Part shown: in pieces, positions 17,765-27,425 of the stretch
How positions within the stretch are numbered: the stretch's first letter is position 1
How the letters are laid out: every line of letters starts with the position of its first letter
Origin: Oxynema aestuarii AP17
GTDB lineage: Bacteria; Cyanobacteriota; Cyanobacteriia; Cyanobacteriales; Laspinemataceae
Length of the DNA: 64,000 bases
Direction: 5' to 3'
NCBI RefSeq assembly: GCF_012295525.1
Contig: NZ_CP051167.1
Coordinates: forward strand, 5,877,299 to 5,941,298
The notes under the pieces: model-generated
The model's input: the letters and a program-made list of their open reading frames with translations, nothing else
Told to the model about the DNA's origin: nothing
Databases searched by the model: none
Position numbers and translations under genes: made by a program

Positions 17765-18409
17765 TCACTGGCGATCGAGCCAAATGGCGTGCAGTCCCGC
17801 CGCTTTAGCCCCTTCGTAATCTTCTTTATAACTATCGCCGATATGCCATGCCCGTTCGGGCTGACAGTCGTGTTTGCTCAACGCCACCTCGAAAATTTGG
17901 CGATCGGGCTTGGCGGCGCCGACTTCCGTGGACAGAGTAACCGAGGTAAAGAAATCGTCTAAATCGAGGGCTTGGAGGACGCGATAAAGCCGGGAGTCAA
18001 AATTAGAGAGAATCCCGAATTGAGTAGAACTTCCTTTCAAGCGTTCTAAAGTCCGGGGAACGTCGGGATAGACGAACCAGGGTTCAGCCGTAGCGAAATA
18101 AGCGAAAAGTTGCTTGAAAAACTCTTGAAAATTAGAAAATTGCTCGAACGCACCGATACGCTGAAACGTCGTCATCGAAATCGCTTCCCACCATTCAAAC
18201 TCTAACTGGGGAATTTGGCTGGGTTCGGCGTCGGGAAAAGCGGGGGGAGTCGAGGCGCGGAAACTTTCGGTAAAAGCGCGATCCAGGCGCTGGGAATCGA
18301 CGGTAACGCCGTAATCGCGGGCTAAACGGGCGTAAGTTTCGCCGACAGTCCCGCGAACGGCAAACAGGGTACCGACGGCATCGAAAAAAATAACTTGAGG
18401 CGCGTCCAT
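17765..18409 (-). CDS. HAD-superfamily hydrolase
   Basis: N-terminal FFDAVGTLF (motif I DxVGT); C-terminal WHIGDSYKEDYEGAKAAG (motif IV). Confidence 0.7.
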   Translation of the reverse strand: MDAPQVIFFDAVGTLFAVRGTVGETYARLARDYGVTVDSQRLDRAFTESFRASTPPAFPDAEPSQIPQLEFEWWEAISMTTFQRIGAFEQFSNFQEFFKQLFAYFATAEPWFVYPDVPRTLERLKGSSTQFGILSNFDSRLYRVLQALDLDDFFTSVTLSTEVGAAKPDRQIFEVALSKHDCQPERAWHIGDSYKEDYEGAKAAGLHAIWLDRQ

Positions 18410-18455
18410 GGGTCAGTTGTGAGAAATCAAAAAGGGGCGAATAGGGAGGAACAGA

Positions 18456-19679
18456 TTAATCGAGAGAAGAAACCGTGGCGCGGGTTTTAGCGATCGCCTC
18501 GCGCAGAGGTTGGGTCATCCAATTAAACGCAACTTTGAGCTGGTGGTCGAGGGTGGGTAAGCGATAGAGATACGCCAAACGACGGAAAACCACTGCCGCC
18601 TGACCGTCGATTTTGACTCCCAATCCGGTTAAGGTAGCGTTTTCGAGTCCTAACGTCATCATTTCGCCGAGATTTTGATATTTAAACGGCAGTAGGGGGC
18701 GATCGCTCATCGAAGCCCAGACATTCCACGCCACATAATCCGCTTGTTGGATCGCCACTTGCGCCGTGGCGGGGACGCTTTGACCGCTTGCGTCGTGACC
18801 GTCAGCCAGATCGCCGAGGGCAAAAATCTCCGGGCGATCGATCGCCTGTAACTCAGGAGTGACGCGCACTTGACCCCGTTGATTTTTCGCCAAATCCAGA
18901 GCGGCGATCGCCGGGGCTACCTTCGTGCCTACCGTCCACAAGACCACATCCACCGGGATTTCGTCGAGTTTACCTTTGTAGAGTAACGAAATCGTTTGCG
19001 GTCCGATCGCCTCGACCGTCGTTTCTAAATCGATCCAGATCCCGCGTTCGTCGAGGGCAGCTTTAGCCGTATTGCGGTTAAACTCCGTCGCCGCATTGAG
19101 AATGCGATCGCCTTGTTCTACCAGGCGCAAGCGACCCCGTTCGCCGAGGCGATCGGCCAATTTGCACGCCAATTCAACCCCACTGTACCCCGCGCCGACG
19201 ACCGCCACCCGAATTTTATCTTTCTCCGACGCTTCCAACAGGCGCAACCGTTCTTCGAGGCGGTACGCATCGTCAATCGTGCGAAACGGCAAAGCATATT
19301 CGCGACTACCGGGAACGAGATCCACCGGAGTTTCGCCGCCTAATGCCAGAACGAGGCGATCGTAAGGTAACTCGACATCTTCGAGGAGGCGAACGCGGCG
19401 ATTGTCCAGATCGATTCCCGCGACTGTCCCCTGATGAAAGTGCACGTTGGTATGGGACAGCAGTTCCGAAAACGGGGGCGCAATTTCCCAGGTTTGCAAT
19501 TCCCCAGAAATTAATTCGTACAGCAACGGGGCAAACAAAAACCGATCTCGACTGTCGATGAGAACGATCTCGGGTTTGTCCGATGGACTCCAAGGAAGCT
19601 GATGCAGGCGCAAAGCCGAGTATAACCCGCCAAAGCCCCCTCCCAGGATACAAATTCGCCGCGTAGTCTCTTGGGTCAT
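18456..19679 (-). CDS. ndbA: Type II NADH dehydrogenase (NDH-2, FAD/NAD(P)-binding oxidoreductase)
   Basis: RICILGGGFGGLY (dinucleotide-binding) and a second GxGxxG, VAVVGAGYSGVE. Likely start MTQETTRRICILGGG (internal to the 18456..19790 track ORF). Confidence 0.7.
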   Translation of the reverse strand: MTQETTRRICILGGGFGGLYSALRLHQLPWSPSDKPEIVLIDSRDRFLFAPLLYELISGELQTWEIAPPFSELLSHTNVHFHQGTVAGIDLDNRRVRLLEDVELPYDRLVLALGGETPVDLVPGSREYALPFRTIDDAYRLEERLRLLEASEKDKIRVAVVGAGYSGVELACKLADRLGERGRLRLVEQGDRILNAATEFNRNTAKAALDERGIWIDLETTVEAIGPQTISLLYKGKLDEIPVDVVLWTVGTKVAPAIAALDLAKNQRGQVRVTPELQAIDRPEIFALGDLADGHDASGQSVPATAQVAIQQADYVAWNVWASMSDRPLLPFKYQNLGEMMTLGLENATLTGLGVKIDGQAAVVFRRLAYLYRLPTLDHQLKVAFNWMTQPLREAIAKTRATVSSLD

Positions 19680-19983
19680 AATTACGTCACAAAGCCTTGC
19701 CAGCACGATCGTCTCTTCCAAGATAGCAGGGCGATCGCTACCCGTAGGGCTGGAGTAAAAGGAGGGTTGGAGAGGGGGCGATCGCCTCATCCGACCCCAA
19801 CGGCGAGCCCAACCTAGAGCAAATTTGGGATTTGACTCGCACCCGTTCGGAGGATCCCCCGAAAAATGCCCTCCACGAAGCTGATGCTGGCAATTGTGCC
19901 CATTCAGTGAAAATCGAGCCGTCTAAAGTGGAACGCTCGTGCCAAAATAAGGGTGTTATTTTTGCCCATTCTTAATTTACAAG

Positions 19984-21012
19984 ATGGCTCAGCTCAAAGA
20001 CATTGACCGCATTTCCTCTCTGAGCGCCGTTGCGCTCGACGAGAGTCTCACTCGCGAGATCCAGCAGCAATTGATCGAGTTAAAAATTCTCGATCCGCCC
20101 GTCGATGGCATTTTGGGACCTCTAACCACTGCGGCTTACCATCGCTTCCAAATTATCGCCGGGATTAAAGGGGAAGAGAATGCTCTCGGGCCGAGAACCG
20201 CTCGGGGTCTACTCGGAGCCAATCCGGATACGTTTCCTCGCAGCGCGATCGCCATCCGTGCGGTTAGAAATACCGTTTTTAAGCTAAGACCCTTACAATC
20301 AACCGATCTCAAACCCGAAGAACGTCTCGAAGTCAAAGACGGCGAGGGTTTTGTTTTAACCGATTACGAAGCAGGTCACCGCAGTCACTACCGCATTACT
20401 GTCAAGGAACCGATTAATAAAAGTTACGTTTGGTATGCCTTCGACCAACATGTCGAAATCCTTGAAAATGATAAGTTAGTCGCTACGCCATCGTACAAGC
20501 CGAAATCGGTTCAGCTCAACGTGCCGTATAAGTCCCAAAATGACAACTGGTACAATCCCGGCGGCTCTTGCAATGTCACTTCGATCGCCATGTGTCTCGA
20601 ATATCTGGGGGTTCCCAGATATGACTATCGCTTTAGCCAGTTTGAAGACGAGTTGTATCAGTGGTGTCTCGATCGCGGCTACAGTCGTCACAGTCCGGAA
20701 GATTTAGCCCGGGTCGTCCGCGACTACCGCCGCCGCGACGATTTTACCTACTGGGGGACGATCGAACGCTGTAAGGAACACCTGCGCGGTGGCAATCCTT
20801 GCGTGATTCACGGCTATTTCACCAGTTTCGGTCACATCATTGTTTTGGTCGGGTTTGACGACAACGGTTTTATCGTCCACGACCCTTATGGAGAATGGTT
20901 CCCCACGGGTTACGATCGCTGGCGATCGGGCGCCAATCTTCACTATTCTTACAATCTGATTAGCCGTCTGTGTATTGACGATCAGTTCTGGGTTCATTAC
21001 ATCAGCCGTTAG
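19984..21012 (+). CDS. Peptidoglycan-binding-domain protein with C-terminal C39-like (papain-fold) cysteine peptidase domain
   Basis: PG_binding_1-like LKILDPPVDGILGPLTTAAYHRFQ; the C-terminal NVPYKSQNDNWYNPGGSCNVTSIAMCLEYLG … IHGYFTSFGHIIVLVGFDD matches C39-like Cys/His motifs. Confidence 0.55.
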   Translation: MAQLKDIDRISSLSAVALDESLTREIQQQLIELKILDPPVDGILGPLTTAAYHRFQIIAGIKGEENALGPRTARGLLGANPDTFPRSAIAIRAVRNTVFKLRPLQSTDLKPEERLEVKDGEGFVLTDYEAGHRSHYRITVKEPINKSYVWYAFDQHVEILENDKLVATPSYKPKSVQLNVPYKSQNDNWYNPGGSCNVTSIAMCLEYLGVPRYDYRFSQFEDELYQWCLDRGYSRHSPEDLARVVRDYRRRDDFTYWGTIERCKEHLRGGNPCVIHGYFTSFGHIIVLVGFDDNGFIVHDPYGEWFPTGYDRWRSGANLHYSYNLISRLCIDDQFWVHYISR

Positions 21013-21239
21013 GATCGATCGTCCAGACCGAACCGACGCGATTGGCCAGGATAAGTTTTAACTCGGGCTAGGACTCGGACTTATCCCGGCGATCGCCCGG
21101 CGTAGGGAGTAGAATATCGTTCGGCGATCGGTCAACCCCTTAAGAATTCTTCACTCCTCTCTCCCTCTACTTCTTAGCTTGCTGTGGAGGCGGGCAAGAT
21201 GTCCGCCCCACGGATTTCTCAGTCCTGATTTTCCCCCTC

Positions 21240-21938
21240 ATGAGTAATAGCCATTTGATTATCTTGGGCCTCCTGTTATTGTTTGCGATCGCCCATAGCG
21301 GTTTAGCCGCCTTACGCCCAAAAGGAGAAAAGATCCTCGGTCCGAGACTGTACCGGATTGGCTTTGCTTTAGTCAGTTTGCCCCTCGCGGTTATCTTAAT
21401 TATCTATTTCTTCAATCACCGTTACGACGGCGTGCAGTTGTGGCAATTGCAAGGAGTTCCGGCGGTCCAACCGATCGTTTGGATTTTATCGGCGATTTCC
21501 TTTTTCTTCCTCTATCCGGCGACCTTCAACCTCCTCGAAATTGCTGCCGTCGCCAAACCCGAAGTTCACCTTTACGAAACCGGGATCGTCAGAATTTGCC
21601 GACATCCGCAAATGGTCGGTCAGGTGATTTGGTGTATTGCTCATACCTTATGGATCGGTAGTAGTTTTACCCTAGTCACCTCCTTGGGATTGGTACTACA
21701 TCACCTGTTCGGCGTCTGGCACGGCGATCGCCGCCTGGGCGCCCGCTACGGCGAAGCCTTTGAAGCGGTCAAAGCGCGTACCTCGATCGTCCCCTTTTTA
21801 GCGATCGCCCAAGGACGGCAAACCTTAGAGTGGAAAGAATTCATCCGTCCCGCCTATCTCGGCGTCACCGGGTTTATCGCCTTACTTTGGTGGGCCCATC
21901 CCCTGTTACTACGAGCGACCGCCAGCGTTCCCTGGTAA
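21240..21938 (+). CDS. NnrU-family (Z-ISO-like) integral membrane protein
   Basis: Polytopic protein; TGIVRICRHPQMVGQ matches the NnrU TGIYR.TRHP motif. Confidence 0.65.
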   Translation: MSNSHLIILGLLLLFAIAHSGLAALRPKGEKILGPRLYRIGFALVSLPLAVILIIYFFNHRYDGVQLWQLQGVPAVQPIVWILSAISFFFLYPATFNLLEIAAVAKPEVHLYETGIVRICRHPQMVGQVIWCIAHTLWIGSSFTLVTSLGLVLHHLFGVWHGDRRLGARYGEAFEAVKARTSIVPFLAIAQGRQTLEWKEFIRPAYLGVTGFIALLWWAHPLLLRATASVPW

Positions 21939-22243
21939 GGGTCTCGCCGAAGTGGGGTGCGAGGCGCTGCTCTAGGGGCGTTCGCCGCGCGATCGGCCAG
22001 TTTCCACTGAGGGCTTAAATGTTGCTACTTTGTGCAAACTCTGCATGGATTGAAGGCAGAATTTTCGCGAGAAAATTAAAAAGATCTCGCGAAAATTCTG
22101 CCCTCGCTCTCCGGACAAAATTTATGACCAACCCCGATAAAAAACTACATAAAATTGGTACCCTGGAATCACTCAAGCGATCCCAAATCGAGGTAGCATG
22201 ATCCCGGTATCGATCTGAAAAAACGATTCAACATCGAGGGATC

Positions 22244-22672
22244 ATGGTATTGTCGGTTAACGAGCAAACGTTTAAAAAAGAAGTTTTAGAAGCAACCTCC
22301 CTAGTTTTGGTTCATTTTTGGGCTCCGTGGTGCGGTCCGTGCCGGATGATCGAGCCGATCTTGAGTGCGTTCGAGCAAGAATGGGGAGAAAAGCTCAAGA
22401 TCGTCGGAATTAATGCAGACCTCAACTTAAAGCTCGCCAGTGCTTATCGGTTGAGTACCTTGCCCACCTTGATTCTGTTCGATCGCGGTCAAATCGTGCA
22501 TCGCGTCCAAGGATTGCAAAACCGCGACGAGTTATATGACGCCGTGCGTTCCTTCGTGACGCTCGATCGCTTTGCCCGTCGGCCCGAGTCGGTCTCGGAG
22601 GTCGCGCAGGAGGGACTCGGCGAAACGATCGCCCCCGGTTCGCTCCCCAATTTAGTCAGCACCCCGCTCTAA
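22244..22672 (+). CDS. Thioredoxin-family protein with about 35-aa C-terminal extension
   Basis: Active site WAPWCGPCR; the last about 8 codons and the stop lie inside the structured repeat (copy A). Confidence 0.8.
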   Translation: MVLSVNEQTFKKEVLEATSLVLVHFWAPWCGPCRMIEPILSAFEQEWGEKLKIVGINADLNLKLASAYRLSTLPTLILFDRGQIVHRVQGLQNRDELYDAVRSFVTLDRFARRPESVSEVAQEGLGETIAPGSLPNLVSTPL

Positions 22673-23090
22673 AGAGACGGGGCTTCGTGCCTCTCCTTTA
22701 GTAGGGGCGTTTCGCGAAACGTAGGTAGGGGCGTTTCGCGAAACGCCCCTACCCAGCCTAAACCCTTCGAGGGCTACGTTATCGGTAAGGGTTAAAGTTC
22801 CTACCTTGGGATCCGTCGCCAGTCCCCTGCTCTAGAACCAAGCCGTTAAACCGTCGTACTAGGGGTAAGACCGTGCGGTTTGGAAAGTACCGACCGATAA
22901 CATTGGCGAGGCGCTATGACGCCGTGTACTTTAGGTGGCTCCGGCTCACAGGAGCGAGGGAAAAGTGCACCTCTTTTTGCTCCCCCACGAGGGGACGGCG
23001 ATTAAAACCGCCCGTGTCGTTTTTCCTCCCTGCGCTAAAGCGACAGGGTTTCCAAACAAGAGCGAAGATTTTCCGTGAACATTAGTGCTT
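22647..23090 (+). ncRNA. Structured ~440-nt repeat, copy A; candidate novel ncRNA or MITE-like element
   Basis: About 90% identical to 37347..37775, with indels and compensatory stem changes (ccctg…caggg vs ccccg…cgggg). Contains perfect hairpins (gtaggggcgtttcgcg aaacgcccctac; agcccttcgagggct); copy A has a 28-nt internal duplication. The short internal ORFs differ by frameshifts and many nonsynonymous changes. Confidence 0.45.
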
Positions 23091-23499
23091 AGTCCCCGAC
23101 CAAACCTCAGTAATAAATGCACTAAGATTGACAAGCTCTCCAGGTTAGTGGTTCGGAAACGTCAGGGGTCTGTCTTTTCACCCTCCCGATCTCGCTGTCG
23201 AACTCGACTCGCTTCGAGTTCGACGAGGTAGGCGTCCGCTCTCAATAAGTCCCGAGATGCCACTAGAGATGAGATGGCAACGTTAACCCCACCCAGTCTC
23301 AATTGGGGTGGGGTTCTTAACGCCAGGCGATCGCGATCCCGAATGCCGACAACTGACAAACTGACGAGTAACTTCTGACTGACGAGATCCCAGCCCCAGA
23401 CAACCGTTCGCAGGATTTCCAACTCCCGACTGCCGAGTGTGTGTCAAAATGTTAACGATTCCCCGTACTAAATAAAGAAGTATTAACTAGGCATCAGAG

Positions 23500-25569
23500 A
23501 TGGAAGCAATCTATCAGTATGCCTGGCTGATTCCAGTCCTGCCATTGGCAGGAGCGATGCTGGTCGGTCTAGGTCTGATTTCTTATAACCAAGCGACAAA
23601 TCGCCTCCGGCAAATCAACGCCATTGCGATCGTGTCCCTTTTGGGTATGTCTACAGTCTTGTCTTTCGCCTTACTGTGGAGCCAAATTCAAGGACACGAA
23701 CCGTACCTTCGCACCCTCGAATGGGCGGCAGCCGGAAATTTTCACCTGACGATGGGCTACACCATCGACCACCTGTCGGCCTTGATGCTAGCCGTAGTGA
23801 CGACGATCGCCTTTCTGGTGATGGTCTACACCGACGGTTACATGGCTCACGACGGCGGCTACGTGCGGTTTTATGCGTACTTGAGCCTATTTAGCTCTTC
23901 GATGTTGGGGTTGGTCATCAGTCCCAACTTGGTACAAGTTTATATTTTCTGGGAACTGGTCGGCATGTGTTCCTACTTGCTGATCGGGTTCTGGTACGAT
24001 CGCCAAGCGGCTGCCGATGCCTGTCAAAAAGCCTTCGTCGTCAACCGTGTCGGCGACTTCGGCTTGCTGTTGGGAATGCTCGGACTCTATTGGGCGACCG
24101 ATAGCTTTGACTTTCAAATTATCGGCGATCGCCTCCAAGACCTGGTACAGTCCGGCAACCTCGGCGCCGGAATTGCCGCGATCTTCGCGATCTTGGTCTT
24201 CCTCGGTCCAGTTGCCAAGTCTGCCCAATTCCCCTTACACGTCTGGCTTCCCGACGCGATGGAAGGTCCGACGCCGATCTCGGCCCTCATTCACGCCGCT
24301 ACCATGGTCGCCGCCGGAGTCTTCCTGATCGCCCGCATGTATCCGGTGTTCGAGCCGATCCCGGTGGTCATGGACACGATCGCCTGGACCGGATGCTTTA
24401 CCGCCTTCCTCGGCGCCACGATCGCCCTGACCCAGAACGATATCAAAAAAGGACTCGCCTATTCCACCATTTCCCAACTCGGCTACATGGTCATGGCGAT
24501 GGGGGTCGGCGCTTACGGCGCCGGACTGTTCCACCTGATGACCCACGCCTATTTCAAAGCGATGCTCTTCCTCTGCTCCGGTTCGGTCATCCACGGCATG
24601 GAAGGCGTCGTCGGTCACGACCCGATTCTCGCTCAAGACATGCGCTTGATGGGCGGCTTACGCAAATACATGCCGATTACCGCCGCCACCTTCGCGATCG
24701 GAACCCTCGCCATTTGCGGGATTCCTCCCTTCGCCGGATTCTGGTCTAAAGACGAAATCCTCGGCGCCGCCTTAGAAGCCAACCCGGCCCTGTGGCTGAT
24801 CGGCTGGCTGACCGCCGGAATGACCGCCTTCTACATGTTCCGGATGTACTTCCTCACCTTTGAAGGCCCCTTCCGAGGCAACGAAACCCACATCCGCAAA
24901 GAACTGCTCGAAGAAGCCGCCAGCATGGAAGCCGAACCCGCCCTCGCCTTCGGTCCGGGCGCGATGGATCCGAAAGAACTCGAAAGCGGTCACGACAGTC
25001 ACGGGCATCATAGTGAATTCCCGCACGAATCTCCCCTGACGATGACCCTTCCCTTGATGGCCCTCGCCGTTCCGTCGATCTTCATCGGTCTGTTGGGAAT
25101 GCCGTTTGCCAACTACTTCGAGCAATTCATTCACGCCCCCAACGAAAGCCTCGCCGAAGTCCTCGAACATGCGGAAGAATTCGAGTTGAGTCACTTCGTG
25201 GTTGAAGCGGGCGCCTCGGTCGGCATCGCCTTAATCGGCATTACCGTAGCGTCGTTGATGTACCTCAGCCGCAAGATCGATGTCGGGGCGATCGCCGACA
25301 AAATTCGCCCCCTCTACAACTTCTCGCGCAACAAATGGTACTTCGACGAAATCTATAACTTGCTCTTCGTCATCGGTTCGCGCCGCTTGGCCCGTCAAGT
25401 CCTCGAAGTGGACTATCGCATCGTCGATGGCGCCGTCAACCTCACCGGATTGATCGCCGTCATTAGCGGTGAAGGCTTGAAATACTTCGAGAACGGACGC
25501 GCCCAATTCTACGCCCTGATCGTCTTTGTCGCCGTTCTTGGGTTGGTCATTCTCTCTGGAATCACCTAA
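23500..25569 (+). CDS. ndhF: NAD(P)H-quinone oxidoreductase subunit 5 (NDH-1 NdhF, F1-like by length)
   Basis: 689 aa polytopic protein; MEAIYQYAWLIPVLPLAG start and proton-pumping antiporter-like motifs throughout. Confidence 0.9.
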   Translation: MEAIYQYAWLIPVLPLAGAMLVGLGLISYNQATNRLRQINAIAIVSLLGMSTVLSFALLWSQIQGHEPYLRTLEWAAAGNFHLTMGYTIDHLSALMLAVVTTIAFLVMVYTDGYMAHDGGYVRFYAYLSLFSSSMLGLVISPNLVQVYIFWELVGMCSYLLIGFWYDRQAAADACQKAFVVNRVGDFGLLLGMLGLYWATDSFDFQIIGDRLQDLVQSGNLGAGIAAIFAILVFLGPVAKSAQFPLHVWLPDAMEGPTPISALIHAATMVAAGVFLIARMYPVFEPIPVVMDTIAWTGCFTAFLGATIALTQNDIKKGLAYSTISQLGYMVMAMGVGAYGAGLFHLMTHAYFKAMLFLCSGSVIHGMEGVVGHDPILAQDMRLMGGLRKYMPITAATFAIGTLAICGIPPFAGFWSKDEILGAALEANPALWLIGWLTAGMTAFYMFRMYFLTFEGPFRGNETHIRKELLEEAASMEAEPALAFGPGAMDPKELESGHDSHGHHSEFPHESPLTMTLPLMALAVPSIFIGLLGMPFANYFEQFIHAPNESLAEVLEHAEEFELSHFVVEAGASVGIALIGITVASLMYLSRKIDVGAIADKIRPLYNFSRNKWYFDEIYNLLFVIGSRRLARQVLEVDYRIVDGAVNLTGLIAVISGEGLKYFENGRAQFYALIVFVAVLGLVILSGIT

Positions 25570-25666
25570 AGTTGTTTCGGGTTCTTCGTTCGTTTTCGCG
25601 GCGAACCCCATTCCCCGGCGGACGGGGAACCTCGAACCGACGAACTATCATCCATCCTGAACACAT

Positions 25667-27238
25667 ATGGCTGATTTTCCCTGGCTGACAACTATTATTC
25701 TGTTACCGATCGCGGCGACCTTGCCCCTGCCGTTCTTGCCGGACAAAGACGGCAAAACGGTACGCTGGTACGCCCTGATCGTCGGGTTAATCGACTTTGC
25801 CTTAATCGTCTACGCCTTTTGCACCCAATACGAGCTGGGCAATCCAGACCTCCAACTTTTTGAAAGTTACTCCTGGGTCGCCCCCCTCGATCTGAATTGG
25901 TCCGTGGGCGCCGATGGCTTGTCGATGCCCCTGATTATCCTGACCGGGTTCATCACCACCCTGGCGATGCTCGCCGCGTGGCCCGTCACCCTCAAACCCA
26001 AACTGTTTTACTTCCTAATGCTGGCCATGTACGGCGGTCAAATCGCCGTGTTTGCCGTGCAGGACATGCTGTTGTTTTTCTTGGTTTGGGAACTGGAGTT
26101 AATCCCGGTTTACCTGCTGCTGTCGATTTGGGGCGGTAAAAAGCGCCTCTACGCAGCGACTAAGTTCATTCTCTACACCGCAGGGGGTTCCCTGTTTATC
26201 TTGATTGCCGCCTTGGCGATGGCCTTTTACGGCGATACGGTCACTTTCGACATGAGCGCGATCGCCGCCAAAGATTACGCCATTAACGCCCAATTGCTGC
26301 TCTACGCGGCCTTTTTCATCGCCTACGCCGTCAAGTTACCGATTTTTCCCTTACACACCTGGCTCCCCGACGCCCACGGCGAAGCGACGGCTCCCGTTCA
26401 CATGCTCCTCGCCGGAATTCTCCTCAAAATGGGCGGTTATGCCTTAATTCGCATGAACGCCGGGATGCTCCCCGACGCCCACGCGATTTTTGCTCCCGTG
26501 TTAGTCATTCTCGGCGTCGTCAATATCGTCTACGCGGCGCTGACTTCCTTCGCCCAACGCAACCTCAAGCGCAAGATCGCTTATTCGTCGATTTCCCACA
26601 TGGGATTCGTCCTCATCGGTCTCGGTTCGTTTACCGATTTGGGACTGAGTGGGGCCGTGTTGCAAATGGTCTCCCACGGGTTGATCGGGGCGAGTTTGTT
26701 CTTTATGGTGGGGGCGACTTACGATCGCACTCACACCCTGATGCTCGACGAAATGGGCGGCGTCGGTCAAAAAATGCGCAAGTCTTTCGCCATGTGGACG
26801 ACCTGTTCCCTGGCGTCTTTGGCCCTGCCGGGAATGAGTGGTTTTGTGGCCGAATTGATGGTTTTTGTGGGATTTTCGAGCAGCGACGCTTACAGCACCC
26901 CGTTTAAGGTGGTCGTCGTCTTCTTGGCGGCGGTCGGCGTCATTTTGACCCCGATTTACCTCCTCTCGATGCTGCGCGAGATGCTCTACGGTCCGGAGAA
27001 TAAGGAGTTGATCGAACACGAAGCTTTGGTCGATTCGGAACCGCGCGAGGTGTTTATTATCGCGTCGCTGTTGGTTCCGATTATCGGGATCGGCTTGTAT
27101 CCGAAGTTGGTCACCCAGATTTACGATGCGACCACGGTGCAGTTGACCGCGAGATTGCGCGACTCGGTGCCGAGTTTGGGTAAGGGGACTTCGATCGCCT
27201 CGACCCCTTTACAAGCGCCCGCGATCGGCGATCGTTAG
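25667..27238 (+). CDS. ndhD: NAD(P)H-quinone oxidoreductase subunit 4 (NDH-1 NdhD, D1-like by length)
   Basis: 523 aa; [15 protein letters not shown]… antiporter-like subunit. Confidence 0.85.
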   Translation: MADFPWLTTIILLPIAATLPLPFLPDKDGKTVRWYALIVGLIDFALIVYAFCTQYELGNPDLQLFESYSWVAPLDLNWSVGADGLSMPLIILTGFITTLAMLAAWPVTLKPKLFYFLMLAMYGGQIAVFAVQDMLLFFLVWELELIPVYLLLSIWGGKKRLYAATKFILYTAGGSLFILIAALAMAFYGDTVTFDMSAIAAKDYAINAQLLLYAAFFIAYAVKLPIFPLHTWLPDAHGEATAPVHMLLAGILLKMGGYALIRMNAGMLPDAHAIFAPVLVILGVVNIVYAALTSFAQRNLKRKIAYSSISHMGFVLIGLGSFTDLGLSGAVLQMVSHGLIGASLFFMVGATYDRTHTLMLDEMGGVGQKMRKSFAMWTTCSLASLALPGMSGFVAELMVFVGFSSSDAYSTPFKVVVVFLAAVGVILTPIYLLSMLREMLYGPENKELIEHEALVDSEPREVFIIASLLVPIIGIGLYPKLVTQIYDATTVQLTARLRDSVPSLGKGTSIASTPLQAPAIGDR

Positions 27239-27425
27239 CTATCTTGTTCGCAACCATCCGATAGCACGAGGACAGGTGACCCCGCCTGTCCTTTCGTGTT
27301 TCTCGTTCGGTCTTTTTTTATGTTTTACTTGCAATTTCTAATGGCGAAATTTCCCCGATCGCCCACTCCCCATCCAACCCTCAATCTAAACTCTAAACTC
27401 CAAGTTTCTAAACTCCAAATTTCCC

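Noticed and set aside
22873-23085. 70-aa ORF MRFGKYRPITLARRYDAVYFRWLRLTGA… (and its paralog 37543..37746)
   Set aside because: Both lie inside the ~440-nt structured repeat. The two copies diverge by frameshift after about 40 codons, and the nucleotide differences within the shared part are mostly nonsynonymous. This is more consistent with a non-coding structured element.
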